Shown piece after piece: positions 51,330 through 63,628 of a stretch of 64,000 bases of DNA (its first letter is position 1; the number at the start of each line of letters is the position of its first letter). The DNA is from Isurus oxyrinchus (lineage: Eukaryota). The stretch is from the NCBI GenBank assembly GCA_026770705.1, contig JANJGN010000034.1, positions 7,192,001-7,256,000 of the forward strand, in the 5' to 3' direction. Below the pieces are notes generated by a model. That model saw nothing but the letters and a program-made list of their open reading frames with translations, did no database searches and was not told the DNA's origin. The translations under genes and the position numbers were made by a program.

Positions 51330-52320
51330 ACTAAATGGAAGCTTACTGTAAGTCTACCTTCACTGGTCAGTATACATGTTGGGATTCCTCCACGCTATAA
51401 GATTGACCTTATCAGCCATCTTGTGAATAGGGCACCAGCCATTTTCTCATTGTGCAAATATGACGTTGAAATGGGGCAAATGAAAGCTATCCTAAGGGAT
51501 AATGCCCACTCCGATCCACGCATTGTTCCTGGTGTAAAGCGTGCATTCATGATTGCGTGTAAAGCCAACACTTTGATCCATGAGAAGTGTGAAATCTAAT
51601 TCAAATTAACCAGAAAGCATAAGGCATCTGGAAAAAATTGAGCAGCAGAGGAAGCCAGTCGTTTCTATGCAGTAGCAATGCAACTGTTATTCTCTGATGA
51701 CAAGATGCTGCTGTCTAGCTAAAAGGCATTCTGCCTGCCGCACAATGCTGTATATTACTTTAAGTATGGGTGTGATGCCAGTTATGTAGTCCGTACTTCC
51801 AATGGCATAACGGATTGTAACAAACACCTCGTCTCCCTGGCAATTTTAATAAATTGAATATTGAATCTACACAGCCAACCCGTTCTTTTTAAATCTCAGA
51901 ACATTACCTCCAACGCTAGATGTGATTCTGCGATTGGGAAACGCTTGTTGAAGAACCCCGATTATGATATGATTTACGTTAACAACCAGTTAATATTGTT
52001 GGTCAAACTTGCAATGCGGCTCCCTTATGGTTGCTAGTAGTTGCATGTATTCAGAAGCAGGGAGCTGTCCTCTGTCAGCAAAAGGAACACCTCCAGAAAT
52101 TGCACATATCTTGAATTAAACAAAAGTGCGCTGTAAAATGTTTCCAGTGTCCATTATTTAAGTTAACACCTCGAGTAATCAAAGTCGAAGTGTTAATCTG
52201 CAACATTTTCTCGTACAGTATAAATTGTCGCTCCCTTTGCAATTTGGCATTCTTGCATCTGCCCTCCTGAGTGCAAGGCGAAGGCACTGGCAGAGTGTCT
52301 CTTTCTTCAGCAACATTATT
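51330..52320 (+). mobile_element. Penelope element thumb, GIY-YIG and 3' end, decayed
   Basis: RYKIDLISHLVNRA…AILRDN; tgtgatgccagttatgtagtccgtacttcc (C.A.YVGRT); tgtgattctgcgattgggaaacgcttg. Confidence 0.75.
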
Positions 52321-53450
52321 CTGCTTCCTACCACTCAGCAGATTTCGTGAGCTTCCTTTGTCAACAAGGGATTCATCATTGCTCACAAGCCTAATCTCTA
52401 ACGTCTTATCAAAGTTGTTTTTGGATGTCCACAACCACCAACGACACATCCACAGCATAATCCTAATCAAGCATATTTATTACTTTAAAAAAATTGTCAA
52501 TGGTATTTCTTAAACATGGACTGTTCTTTACAAAAACCGTGTTTATGTTTCTCAATTAATTTGCGTTTGTCCAAGTGACCATTTTGTATGTCCAGGATTA
52601 TCATTTATAAATGCTACCACCAAGGCTGAACTGGCTGAAATGGAGTTAGTGGGTTTATCCTTATGCACGATTTTTTTTATTCGATGTGCAAAATTTTCAA
52701 TCCACCAGTCCCTTTGACGAAACTCAGTTTCTGAGATAGAATGAAAAATTATGGCCAACCCCTCTGCAAATTCCGCCCTTAACTCCATCAGTATTTTCAC
52801 ATACAAACGATTTCGTCCTGATGGCGTATCAACTTTAAGTACAGAGAGTCTTCTGTATTATTTTTCTTTATCATTGTCTTCTCCAGCTAAGGTATCAATA
52901 TTTCACCTTTCACCACAACTTTGGCCGTGCCTTCGGTCCTGGTAAAGCCACGTATACAGTAGCAATTATGTTTACATCAAGCCTTCCATTCTGCCTTTAA
53001 GAGTAAACTTCACTGGTTTCCCAAATCACACCTGCTCCGCATCTTGCTATTTTTATGCCGGAGAAGATTTATTGCATCACTTTTAGATTCAGTACCTGTT
53101 TCATTAAATGTTGTCTGCTTGATGTTCTTACATACTTGCGATTTCCCCTCTGAAATTTTTATAATCAGCATGATTCTCGATTTTTTTCATCAACTTGTCA
53201 TCTGTCCTATACTTTTCTGCATATTTCACCATGCACTCTATGTTTTCGCCATCCAGTGAAACCTGGATTTGTTAGACCTATCTTTTCTCGTCCTGAATGC
53301 ACCTCGACTGTACAGGAACTATCACTTCCTTATATGCAACCCTATCTTCAACTATTTTTTAACTGCTAAGCATCTATACAAATTTACTGTGAGTGATGTA
53401 CCCTCCCTGATAATTAACCTTTTTTTTTAAACTGCGTTTTTTCCGTCATT
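52320..53450 (-). mobile_element. Decayed CR1 LINE RT
   Basis: ELRAEFAEGLAIIFHS…DWW..N…KK..KDKPTN; atcaaagttgttttggatgtcc (reverse of .DF.KAFDK). Confidence 0.7.
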
Positions 53451-55804
53451 TGTTTGCTACCGCAAACCTTACGGTAGCTTTCTTGTTTAGTCTTTCATGG
53501 CCAGCATTTATTGCCCACCTCTAATTGTCCTTGTTCAGAGATCATTTGAGAGTCAACCACATTGTTGTGGGTTTGGTGTCATATAGACGCCAGACCAGGT
53601 AAGAACTTATCGATTTTTTTTCACCCGCCCTGGTGGGATTTGAACCCAGGGTCCCTGGGATACTGGGCAGTAAAACGCTTTAGAAACTCTTTTCCCTCGT
53701 TTTCCTTTATACTATTAGCAGCTCAGTCTTTACTGATAACATTAATACCTGCCTCTATTTCTACTCACTATAACTGTAATTTACTTGCAACTCTAGGCCT
53801 GTATACTTGCCCCTTAGTTGAAGACCAACAAAAGTAACCAGGACTGTAACGTTACCTCTCTTGTCAAAATAAATATATTGTGTCCTGGACACTTCCAAAA
53901 TATCTGCTTGCACCAGAGTCTCTTAAGTCAAAATTGTCGTTTTCCCCCTTTTTCCCCTACCCCATCTTTCCTGACTAATCAGTGTAGAGGTATGGTCACT
54001 GGGCTAAAAATCCAGAAACCCATGGATGTGCTCTGGGTTCCAATCTCACCACGTCAGTCTGCTTGGCGGAGAAAAAAATAACTGGAATTGAAGGTCTGTT
54101 GATGACCATGAAACCATTGTCATAAAAAAAAAATCTGGTTCGCTTGATGACCTTATCTGGACTGGCCTACATGTGATTCCAGACTGACAGCAAAATGTTT
54201 GACTTTCCAATGCCGCCAGAAAAAGGATAGTGACACGCAAACACTTTCAAAATTCTCTTCCTCCAGTTTCGACCCACCGAGGCTTTAATTTGTGCCATCT
54301 ACATTATACATTACAGCAAAACATCATGGTTCCTTCAAGAGCATCTTCAAATCCGGTGAACCTCCAAACCACACACCATCCTGACTTACAATGGCCTGTT
54401 TATTCAATATCGCTGGTTAAAAATCCTGGAAACCCCCTTCCTAACAGCAATGTTGGTACACCTGTACCACATGGACTGCGGCAGTCCAGGAAGGTGGCTC
54501 GGCATCAGCTTCTCAAGGGGAATTATGGATGGGCAGTTAAAAATGTTGGCCCAGCCAGCAACACACACGCCCATTGAAAGAATTGAAATAGTTTTTATTC
54601 ATGAATATTTACCATCTGCCCCGGTTGAGCTAGGCATCCATTATCACCACAGCATATTGCCCTTGTTTGACCGTGCCTGCAGCTCACTAATCGTATTCAC
54701 CATAATGAGGGCATTCACACTCATGCACTGTGAAACAAAAGTAGACCTAATTGTACCCTCTCTAACTCTGACAAAGGGATCCTAACTGAGTCCAGTGCAG
54801 CACTTCTCCCCCATTTTTGTGCACATTTTTCATTCACTCATGTGTTGTCCTCTGTTTCCCACGCCCCTGATGAGTTAGCTTAAAGTCACCTGAACAACTT
54901 TGGAAAGCCGCTCCATGAGAACATTTCTGCCAGCTCCATTTCGATGCCATGTGTTCCACTTGTACTGGTCCCTCCCTTCCACAACTGCTTTTAATATCAC
55001 AAAAATCTAAATATCTCATTGCTGCGCAACGTTTTCTGCCATTAATTCATTTTTTTTCCATCCAATTACTTCAATACTCACCAGCACATGCCACCGCGAG
55101 TAATCCAGGGTTTACTACCTCCAATGTCCTCTGTATGTCTCTCTTAAACTCTTCACGTAGTTCGCATCACATTTTAATTCAATTGTATCCATTCATGTAT
55201 AAACATCGAATGCGGGCTGTTCGCTATAATCCAAAAGGAGTTTTACTGCTGCTTGCTGATATGCTTGACTCTGGCAATGGGTGGGACATACCACCTTACA
55301 GTCTCCGGCTGCATATACACCAGTTTGTTCCCTTAACTTTAGGCCCCTCTGAACTATTTATTTCCTGTCTGCAATGTACAGATGAACCAGGTTTAACTGG
55401 GACTGCACAAAGGGGGAGAATGATGCATTCAGTGAATTACTGCGCTACCTGTCTTGCCTTCCGTGGCTGCCTCGCTGTCACGCATTCAGTCGCTGCTGCA
55501 TGACCTTAACTTGCAGAGTAAACACCTCCAGACACCTGCTATCCATGGAACATCCATTTCAACTTCACTGATCCAAGAAATGACAATAGAACTGGAATTC
55601 CCACATGGGAAACATGTGCAAAGCATGGAACAGAGATTGCCTAACTCTCCTCTTTTCATTCATCTTTTAACTGACTTCACATAAGTCTACATAAGTTAGA
55701 AATAAAGAAAGGCTCACCAACTACGCACAAGTCAAGTTTTCTTTATTTGACCTGATTTCATGGACGGGGGGGGGGGTGGGGGTTCAGGTTGGGGATGATG
55801 CAGC

Positions 55805-56187
55805 GCAGTGGTGTAGTGGTGCTTTCAAAGTACCAGTTACCCACAGGCCCAGGATATTGCTCTAGGGACATGGGTTAGAAAGCCACCATAGTCACTGGTG
55901 TATTTTCAATTAGAGAAATAAATCTAGAGTATAACATTGTTTTCAGTAACTACAAGCATGAAAAATTTAGCGATTGTTGCAACAATCCCATCTGCTGCAA
56001 TGTCCTTTAGGGAAGGAAAAGTAATTATTATGTGGTCTGGCTTACTCGTTACCCCAGACGCAAATAGTTGAGTTTGGCTCTCCATTGCTCTGTAAAATGG
56101 CCCAGCAAGTCACTCAGTTGAAGGGCAATTAGAGATGGACAATAAATTTTGGCCTTGCCAGTGACACCCTTATCCAATGAAAGATTA
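55805..56187 (+). mobile_element. Near full-length Deu-domain tRNA SINE (SacSINE1-like)
   Basis: gcagtggtgtagtgg head, ggacatgggttaga, tgtcctttagggaagg, ggcccagcaagtcactcagttg, LINE-type tail gggcaattagagatggacaataaat…ccttgccagtgacacc. Confidence 0.75.
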
Positions 56188-56737
56188 AATAAGTATTCTT
56201 ATACAAACATTGAAAAATGCAAAAACGTTATTAGTTGTATACATGAACATTTTATGTACTGTTTAAGTTAGATTTTGTAAATGTAGGTATCCCTTTCTAT
56301 TTAATTTTAACATTATTGTAGATTGGTCAATTAATTGAATCCCGACTGCCACTATAGGATATATTTTCAAGTTCGTATTTGCTTTTGGGTAACCAATTGA
56401 TCTAGGCTTGCTGTACAGTTCAATAATCTCATTTTTCTTTAATTTATTAGTAGTTTAATAATGTGACATAAATTTGGGGTGCCACTATCTCCCGCCACTG
56501 TTCTTCTCTCCCATTGTATTTTGCCGCTCTGCCGCTGCCAGTAATTCGTGCTTTTTTGGAAGGCTGCTTTCTCTGGTTCTGCCATTTCCATTGCCAACAT
56601 TTCTCGTAGTATTGTTACTTGCTCCACTCTCCCGCTGTGCTTTGCTGCCTTGTTGTTAACCGTGGTCCCTGGAGTTTTTCCAAGGCTCCCTCTCCGCTGT
56701 GCTTTGCTGCCTTGTTGCTAACGATGGCTTCTGCAGT

Positions 56738-56772
56738 TCTCTCTCTCTCTCTCTCCCTCTCTCTCTCTCTCT
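56738..56772. repeat. (CT)n microsatellite
   Basis: ttctctctctctctctctccctctctctctctctct. Confidence 0.9.
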
Positions 56773-56959
56773 AATGACTTCACTTTCCTGTTTTGATTCG
56801 CTGTTCACCGTTTCAATAAACAACATGAATCAAAGCGACCTCATACCCAGGAGAAAAAAAATAAACAGAATTTGGAGGTCCACATAAAAGACCTTAAATC
56901 CAATGCAATTGCCTCAAAATGTAAGTGCTGACTTTGCGTTTTTTCTTCTTACATTACAG

Positions 56960-56995
56960 AATTAAGCGACTGCCTGGAAATTGCAAAAGGCTTAG
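56960..56995 (+). CDS. Micro-exon 15 (36 nt): (E)LSDCLEIAKGL
   Basis: gctgactttgcgttttttcttcttacattacag|AATTAAGCGACTGC…GGCTTAG|gtgcgt; branch-like ctgac upstream. Confidence 0.85.
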
Positions 56996-57799
56996 GTGCG
57001 TAGAACACTTTCATGACTGTGCACGTTTCAAGCAAGAGTCATGTTATTTCACCCTACAGAAAGCTAAGATTCAAAGATCATGTGAAACCACGGATCGATA
57101 TTCAATAGAAAACGATGAATGTTGTCCTGCTGCTGAATAAATTTTCACCAAGTAGAATTTCGAAATCTGTGCTGCAAAATACGTAGCAGCGAGGTATAAG
57201 AAATTCCTGGATGGGCAACTCTGTCAGGTCATAACCATTACTTTCTGAAATGAAGTAACTTTCTGAACACTTCACTGAATTCAAGCACGAGCGATAAAAA
57301 GAACACTTTAATCCACCAAACGATGCATCCTTATATTCGGCATAAATAGTTCAATGGAACCACTGAAGATAAACTGAAAAATGATAGACTTATAGCATAG
57401 TTACAACACAGAAAGGAGCCAATCAATCCATCGTGTCCTTATCAATTCTCTGCAGACTAACTCTCCTGGTCCCACTACCCAGGCTTTTTCCAATAGCCAT
57501 GAACTTCGGCTTTTGTTTTCTCTACAGGCAATCTTCCAGCGTTTTTGCTCAGGTCACGATTGAATCTGCCTCCTTTATATTCGCAGGCATTTACTTTCAG
57601 TTTCTAATGACATTTGCTTTAAAAATAGTTTTCCCCCTTACCATTGTTTCTCGTTTAACCAATCACTTCAAAGCCATTTGCTTTCTTTCGGGATACTTTT
57701 GACACTGTGAATAGTTTCTCTCTAACTACTCTGTCCTGTCCCTTAATGATTTTGAACACTGGCCTCAAGTCTCTTAATCATCTCCTTTCATGGAGGGAG

Positions 57800-58152
57800 A
57801 CTGTGGCATAGATCTAATTCTAGTAGACTCGTAATATAGAAGTCCAGAATAATGCCCAGAGAGCACGTTTAAGTACTACCACGACAGATAGTAGAGTTTG
57901 AATTCAATTAAGAAAATCTGAAGTCAAAACCTAGTCTCGTTAAAAAAGGATCTGGCTCACTAATGCATTGTAGGCAAGGGAATCATCCATGCTTACCATG
58001 TCCTGCGTACTTGTCACTCCAGTCCCATGTCAATGTGGTTGAGTGGTGAGTGTTCTCGGAAAGAGCCTAGCAAGCCATTTCAAGGGGGATTAGGAATGCA
58101 GAAACAAATCCTGATCTTGCCAGCGGACCCACCTCCCATGAAATAATCAATA
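57800..58152 (+). mobile_element. Deu-domain tRNA SINE inserted in a CR1 fragment (about 57385-58260, - strand)
   Basis: ctgtggcatag…gactcgtaat…ctccagtcccatgtcaatgtggttga…cctagcaagcca…cttgccagcggacccacctcccatgaaataatcaataaaa. Confidence 0.7.
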
Positions 58153-58406
58153 AAACAAAACATCCAAGGAGAACAACCAACCTTTTCCAACATATTGACG
58201 TAACTTACGTTCCTCATGCTTGTAACAATCCTCTCACTCCATCCTCTCTAATGTCTAAACCCGAGAATATGTCATAGACTAATCTGTTGCACAATCAGTC
58301 CTTATGAGGGCGACGTCCCCGCATAGCATTTGCTGCATCCTCAGCTCTGTTAATAATATCCTTCCATTAAGTTAAATTAATTACTTTATATTATGTGCTA
58401 TAACAG

Positions 58407-58433
58407 AAGAAAAGCAAAAAGCGAAGGCGTCAG
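58407..58433 (+). CDS. Micro-exon 16 (27 nt): (E)EKQKAKAS
   Basis: ttactttatattatgtgctataacag|AAGAAAAGCAAAAAGCG…TCAG|gtagct; ataacag|AAGAAAAGC identical to exon 9396. Confidence 0.8.
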
Positions 58434-60314
58434 GTAGCTACTTTAATGCTTATTCTTTGACAAAGATGCACGTGTTTAACTTTTCATTATTGGTGCTTTA
58501 AAGCTTCCATTTTTTAAACTATAATTTGCCTACAGCTTCAAAAAGTAACATGGAGGAAATTGCTCTTAGTCATGATGTGCAATGACACCATGGAGTTTTA
58601 TATTCCCGTAGGGTAGAAGTAAGAAAATAGTCCTCTTTGTCATGGAAAACAAAATTTGCACCATAATAAAAAAATATGATAATCGCTGTGTAATCTATAA
58701 GGAATTCCTTAAGACAATGGTGACAATGTGGAACTCACTGTGGAAGGATTTGGTCAGGTGAATAGAAATAGTGTTTATGGTGAAGTCGGGTAATCAGATG
58801 ATTAAACTATAGAACATTATGTTGGCACTGTGAGATGACTTTAAGCATCTGCAGAATTCAGACTGTAAGCTTAACATTTGTGCTTTACAAGTGCCACGCA
58901 ATATTCATGTCCTGCTCGAGGGGGCATGACCATATTCCCTTGTTGTTCACAGCATTTCTATTTCCGAATCCCCCACCAAAAATCATGCTTCAGCTAGTGC
59001 TCTGGACAATAAAGTTAACCAGAGACGCCACGTAAATATTATGGCTGTAAGTGTAGGTCAGGGTATTGTAATTCCCTGGTGACTAACTCACCTGAAAGCT
59101 TCCGCCTCTGTAAACCATTTCAAGGATAATCATGTGATGGAATACTTTCCAATTGCTTGAATTCTTATAGCTCCAACAGCACTTAAGTACTCGACACCAT
59201 CTAAGACAAGTAAAGCTCCTTTCCTGGCACCTTATCAAACCAATATAAAAAATTTCAGTCACTCTAACACTGCTGCTCAGTCGCAGCATTGTGTCCCACC
59301 TACAAAATACACTGGACAATCTCGCCGAGTCTCCTTGGGCTGCATGCTCCAAACCTTTAACATCTAAATCACAGACGAATAATACCTGGAGACACATGGA
59401 GCTGGTACACGCAAGGCATTTTCCAAGTCACACAACATTCTTGTTTGGAAATATATCACAGTTCTATCATCGCTGGCAGATCAGAATCCCAAAAACTCCT
59501 ACCTAACAGCATTATGGAAGCACTTACATCGCAATGATTACAACAATTCAAGAACGTAACTCAGCACAAACATCTAAAGAGGAGGTGGGAATGGTAAAAA
59601 ATGCGGACAAAAGTTGCTGGAAAATGGGACTTGCTGTCGACTTGCAATGCAATTCGAAAAAACATACCAAATTGTAAAGTGTTCATTTCCCAGGATAATG
59701 GTCCTTTTCCCAGGGCAACGCTTTGAATAATCAGAGTCAACCTGACTGATTTGAATATAAACAAAGCTGGACACTTCACTGTTATCTGTTAACTTGTGAG
59801 TTCTCCATGGCAAAGTGTCCAGCAATCAGAATCCACTTGCCAACAAATCAGAACTCTCTTTTCATGCAGTATAAATTGTTGTTCCCATCAAACTTTGGAA
59901 TCCTTGAAAATTGCCCTGAAGAGCACAAGAAGAAATACCTCCAGGAAATATGTGGCTCCTCAGCAATAAAATATTAACGACATACATTCAATAAGGAACT
60001 CAGCAGAAAAGTCAGCTCACGGAGTGGAAAAATTAGATACCCGTTCGAACAAATGATAATTGCAATGGATAGTGTAGTCACATTTAAAGAAACACTATAA
60101 AAAATATGTAAGGAATAAAAGGATATGTTCATATGAGTAAATGAAGTAGGGTGGGTGGAGGAGACTTGTATGGGGCGCAAAGACCGGTATACACCCGTTC
60201 AGCTGCAATATATGCTTCATTTTCTGTAAATTCTGTTTATCAGTTTCGAGGAGAGGCAGCAACCGTCCCTAAAATGTCAAAAAAAATCCGTAAAATTATT
60301 TTCTAATATTGCAG

Positions 60315-60350
60315 AGCTGCTTAAATGCCAAGAAGCTTTAAAGGAATTAG
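60315..60350 (+). CDS. Micro-exon 17 (36 nt): (E)LLKCQEALKEL
   Basis: attattttctaatattgcag|AGCTGCTTAAATGC…GAATTAG|gtgagg. Confidence 0.9.
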
Positions 60351-61009
60351 GTGAGGCTTGTGTTATTTTTTTGTTTAACATGCTTTTGCCAGTAATAATA
60401 GGCATATATTTATCCATCAGCATGAGCAAAAATAAAACGTTTTTATCTGTGTTCACATGAAACTGTTTATGTAAAAAATCTGCTTTGGCTATCAAGGAGC
60501 AAATAGCGACCAACTTGTTCTATGTGTTTCTTTTTTTGCAGATTCTCTAACTTAATTGCCAGCCCAAACTCATTCCAAGGCAATTAGGGATGAGCAATAA
60601 ATTCTGGCCAATCCAGCAATGCCCAAATCCCATGTATGAATACTTAAAAATTGCATGCCACCAAATGCAGAAGTTGTCATCGACCTGAATAAACGAGCAA
60701 CATTCTAGGATTTAATTATTGAAGCTATATATTGTTCTAAAAAATATTGCATGACACATTTAATTTCAAAAGTATCTTACAGATGAATTAGTGAGCTTAG
60801 TCTGATATGTTTTGTTGCATATATGTCTACATGCCTCTATGAATATTATCCCAAAGAAGAAACATTCTGCTGAGTGTGTGATCAGTCAAATTCACAAATC
60901 AAACAAATAGCTGAAACTGAGCAGAACGTACATTAATGAACATTGTCTGGGGGAGAGGGTGCTGTTTTGGGGCTATTATTCGCTTGTAAACCGGTGTCTC
61001 AGGCTTATT

Positions 61010-61322
61010 CTGTGTTCAAATCTCCAATGGCGGCTAACAGAATTTAAATTCAGTAATTAAATAAAAATGGAATTTAAATTTACTGACCATGAAACTGTTA
61101 TGTGCTGTCCGAAAACTTCATCTGGTTTACTAGCGTCCTTTAGGGTATCAAACCTACCATTCTTGTCTGGCCTGACCTACATCTGACTGCAGACCCACAA
61201 CAATGTGGTTGACTCTCCACTGAAGCCTGCAGTGGCCTTGCAATCCATTCAGTTCAAGGTCAATTAGGGATAGGCAACAAATGATGGCCTTGCCAGCGAC
61301 GCCCATGTCCCAGGAAGAATTG
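61010..61322 (+). mobile_element. Deu-domain tRNA SINE
   Basis: gttcaaatctcc…tgaccatgaaact…tctggcctgacctacatctgactgcagacccacaacaatgtggttgactct…caattagggataggcaacaaatgatggccttgccagcgacgccc. Confidence 0.8.
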
Positions 61323-62723
61323 AATGATATTGAAAAATCAATGTCAGTTGCCTAGGCAATCAAATCAAAATCCTGTTCAGCAGCTTTTAAAACGTGTCAA
61401 TATGGCATTTGCGCCACAAAGAACCAATTGTATTGACGAAATTGTCGAAGCCACTAAGGAGGGTAATCTGCCAAATGGATTTACATTGATCTGTGGGTAA
61501 TGCTAGTTTCCTGGATGAGGCATTTATCAGGGATGTTTAAACCAACACAATATATGGTAAATAATTATTTCAGCACTGGATACAATTTACTCTGCGTAGT
61601 TGTCAATAAATTACAGTAAATTAAATGTTTTGGGGCATATTACACTGAAAAATGTGACCCAACCCGGCGGCGAACACGAGTCCAGAAATATAGAATCCCC
61701 TATCATAGGAGGGGTCATAGTGCCTTTGCCAATCTATTGCGATTGCTATCCACATCTTCCAACATGATTGTAGTTTTGATAATAACCACGACTATAGTCC
61801 TCCCCTTCAAGTATTTATCGAAAGGTTTTTTTAAATGTTAGTATTGAGTTTCATTCCAACGGCCTTTATGGTCTGGCTTGCATTTCTAACCATAGCATTT
61901 TACAGCACCGTAACGTACTCAGACCTCCCATCTGCTTAATTCACCAATTGCCTTATTTATGTGCAGCTTGGTTCTCGAACCTCTGGCGAATGTATTCAAA
62001 TTCTATCATTATATTCAACATTTATGTCATATTAACCACTATCACCACCAGAGCTGATCACATGCACAAAGCCCCACAACCTCAGCACCCAACTCCATAC
62101 CCATCCCTGGCGAAATAATCTGATTGTGCACCTCAAATTTCGAGATCTAATGCATTATGGATGCATGGGATTAAGCTGCTTTTTTTTAAGGCTGCAGAGC
62201 CATGATGGGCCGAAGACCCTCGCCCATTAACATACGGAGGAATTTCCGGAAAATGCAGCGAGCCTTTCAGAAGCCCATTGACACCAGCGTGACCATAAAA
62301 ACCCACCACCATAAAATTCCGCTCATATATCTTTTTATGTCCACATGATCCTACATTTTTAATCTTTTCCACTGTAAGAACGGTCATAGCTTTTCTTTAA
62401 CTCTTCAAATTCCTGAAATCACTCCACCCTAACGCTACTGCGTTAAAACTCCTCTGCATCCTTTTCAACCCCTCGATATTCTTCCAAAACTTTGCGGTGC
62501 CGAATTAGACACGCTGCACTTGCTGCGGCTAATCAGCAATTCATTAAGTTTTTTTTCCTCTATCATAATGCTTTCCAGAGTGCTAGAGTACAGAAAGAAA
62601 TCGATCTTGGATGGTGGCGAAGACAAAATCTATACAAATGACACCTCTGTTATGAGACCAGGCGAACCATTGTTTCCACATTTTGCAATACAACGCATGG
62701 ATCGATAAACGGCTAATCGGGCC

Positions 62724-62780
62724 CCAAACATTTGGCAGCGCCAAACATTTGGCAGCGCCAAACATTTGGCAGGGCCAAAC
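62724..62780. repeat. 17-bp tandem repeat x3.3 with internal inverted repeat
   Basis: ccaaacatttggcagcg repeated; contains gccaaa-ca-tttggc. Confidence 0.9.
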
Positions 62781-62959
62781 CAGACAGGTTTTTGACGCCT
62801 TATGTGCCATAATCTTCAAATAGTAATGAACCTGGTGAAATGTTTCTATTGATATCATTTTGAGACCCTTTTTCCTTCGGTCTGTCTTCTGGAAGAAAGT
62901 GCCCACAGAACACAAAATTCTTTCAATTATTTATTCTATATAATTTTACTCCTTGACAG

Positions 62960-62986
62960 AAGATCAGCTGAAAGGAAAAGAAAAAG
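62960..62986 (+). CDS. Micro-exon 18 (27 nt): (E)DQLKGKEK
   Basis: ttctatataattttactccttgacag|AAGATCAGCTG…GAAAAAG|gtgagt. Confidence 0.9.
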
Positions 62987-63555
62987 GTGAGTGTTTTAAC
63001 AATTAACTGATTCAGAGCAGTAAACGTTTAATGCTTGGTAGACTTTGTTTTCTCAAGACATCTAGTCACTGTTAGCAGGGGAACAATTCCACCCAAGCCT
63101 CCGTAGTGTAGACGTAGATTCTAGGTGTTTCAGGTTGTGGGACTAAACACAATAGTTTTCATTTAAATAACATAGCCACTAGTCTGTCAGTAAGATATGG
63201 AAAAAATGTAACAGTAGCTTGGTGGTCATGTCACTCGATAGACAATGCGCCGTTTGTGCTAATAATCTGCAGAGTGCAAATATGACCATGGCGATTGTAG
63301 AATTTTAAAGAAATCCTTAAAAAAATATTCTTTTGTCGTTTATAAAACATATTTTGTCTACAAACGTCCAGTAGGCAGAAAGATGGGTTGTCCTTACCTA
63401 GTTTAACCACTGTGTTACTACAAACCCAAAACAAAACATTTAACTATTAATTGCCGTCTGAGGTAGTCTTATTTGTGTCACTAAGACTTCCAACAATGGA
63501 AATTAAGGATTAGTAATACCTTCCGACATTGTTAGAAAACTGAAGAATAAATATA

Positions 63556-63628
63556 CACAACAAAAACAAAAATAGAATTACCTGGAAAAACTTAGCAGGT
63601 CTGGCAGCATCAGCGGAGAAGAAAAAGA
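63556..63628 (-). mobile_element. Truncated arm of the young Penelope-derived element
   Basis: aaaacaaaaatagaattacctggaaaaacttagcaggtctggcagcatcagcggagaagaaaa. Confidence 0.8.

Noticed and set aside
54949-55503. Longest ORF in the track (184 aa)
   Set aside because: No recognisable domain or splice context; likely chance or antisense decayed LINE sequence.
62579-62708. Possible exon VLEYRKKSILDGGEDKIYTN…
   Set aside because: Not open in the gene's phase and no donor; follows an antisense CR1 remnant.
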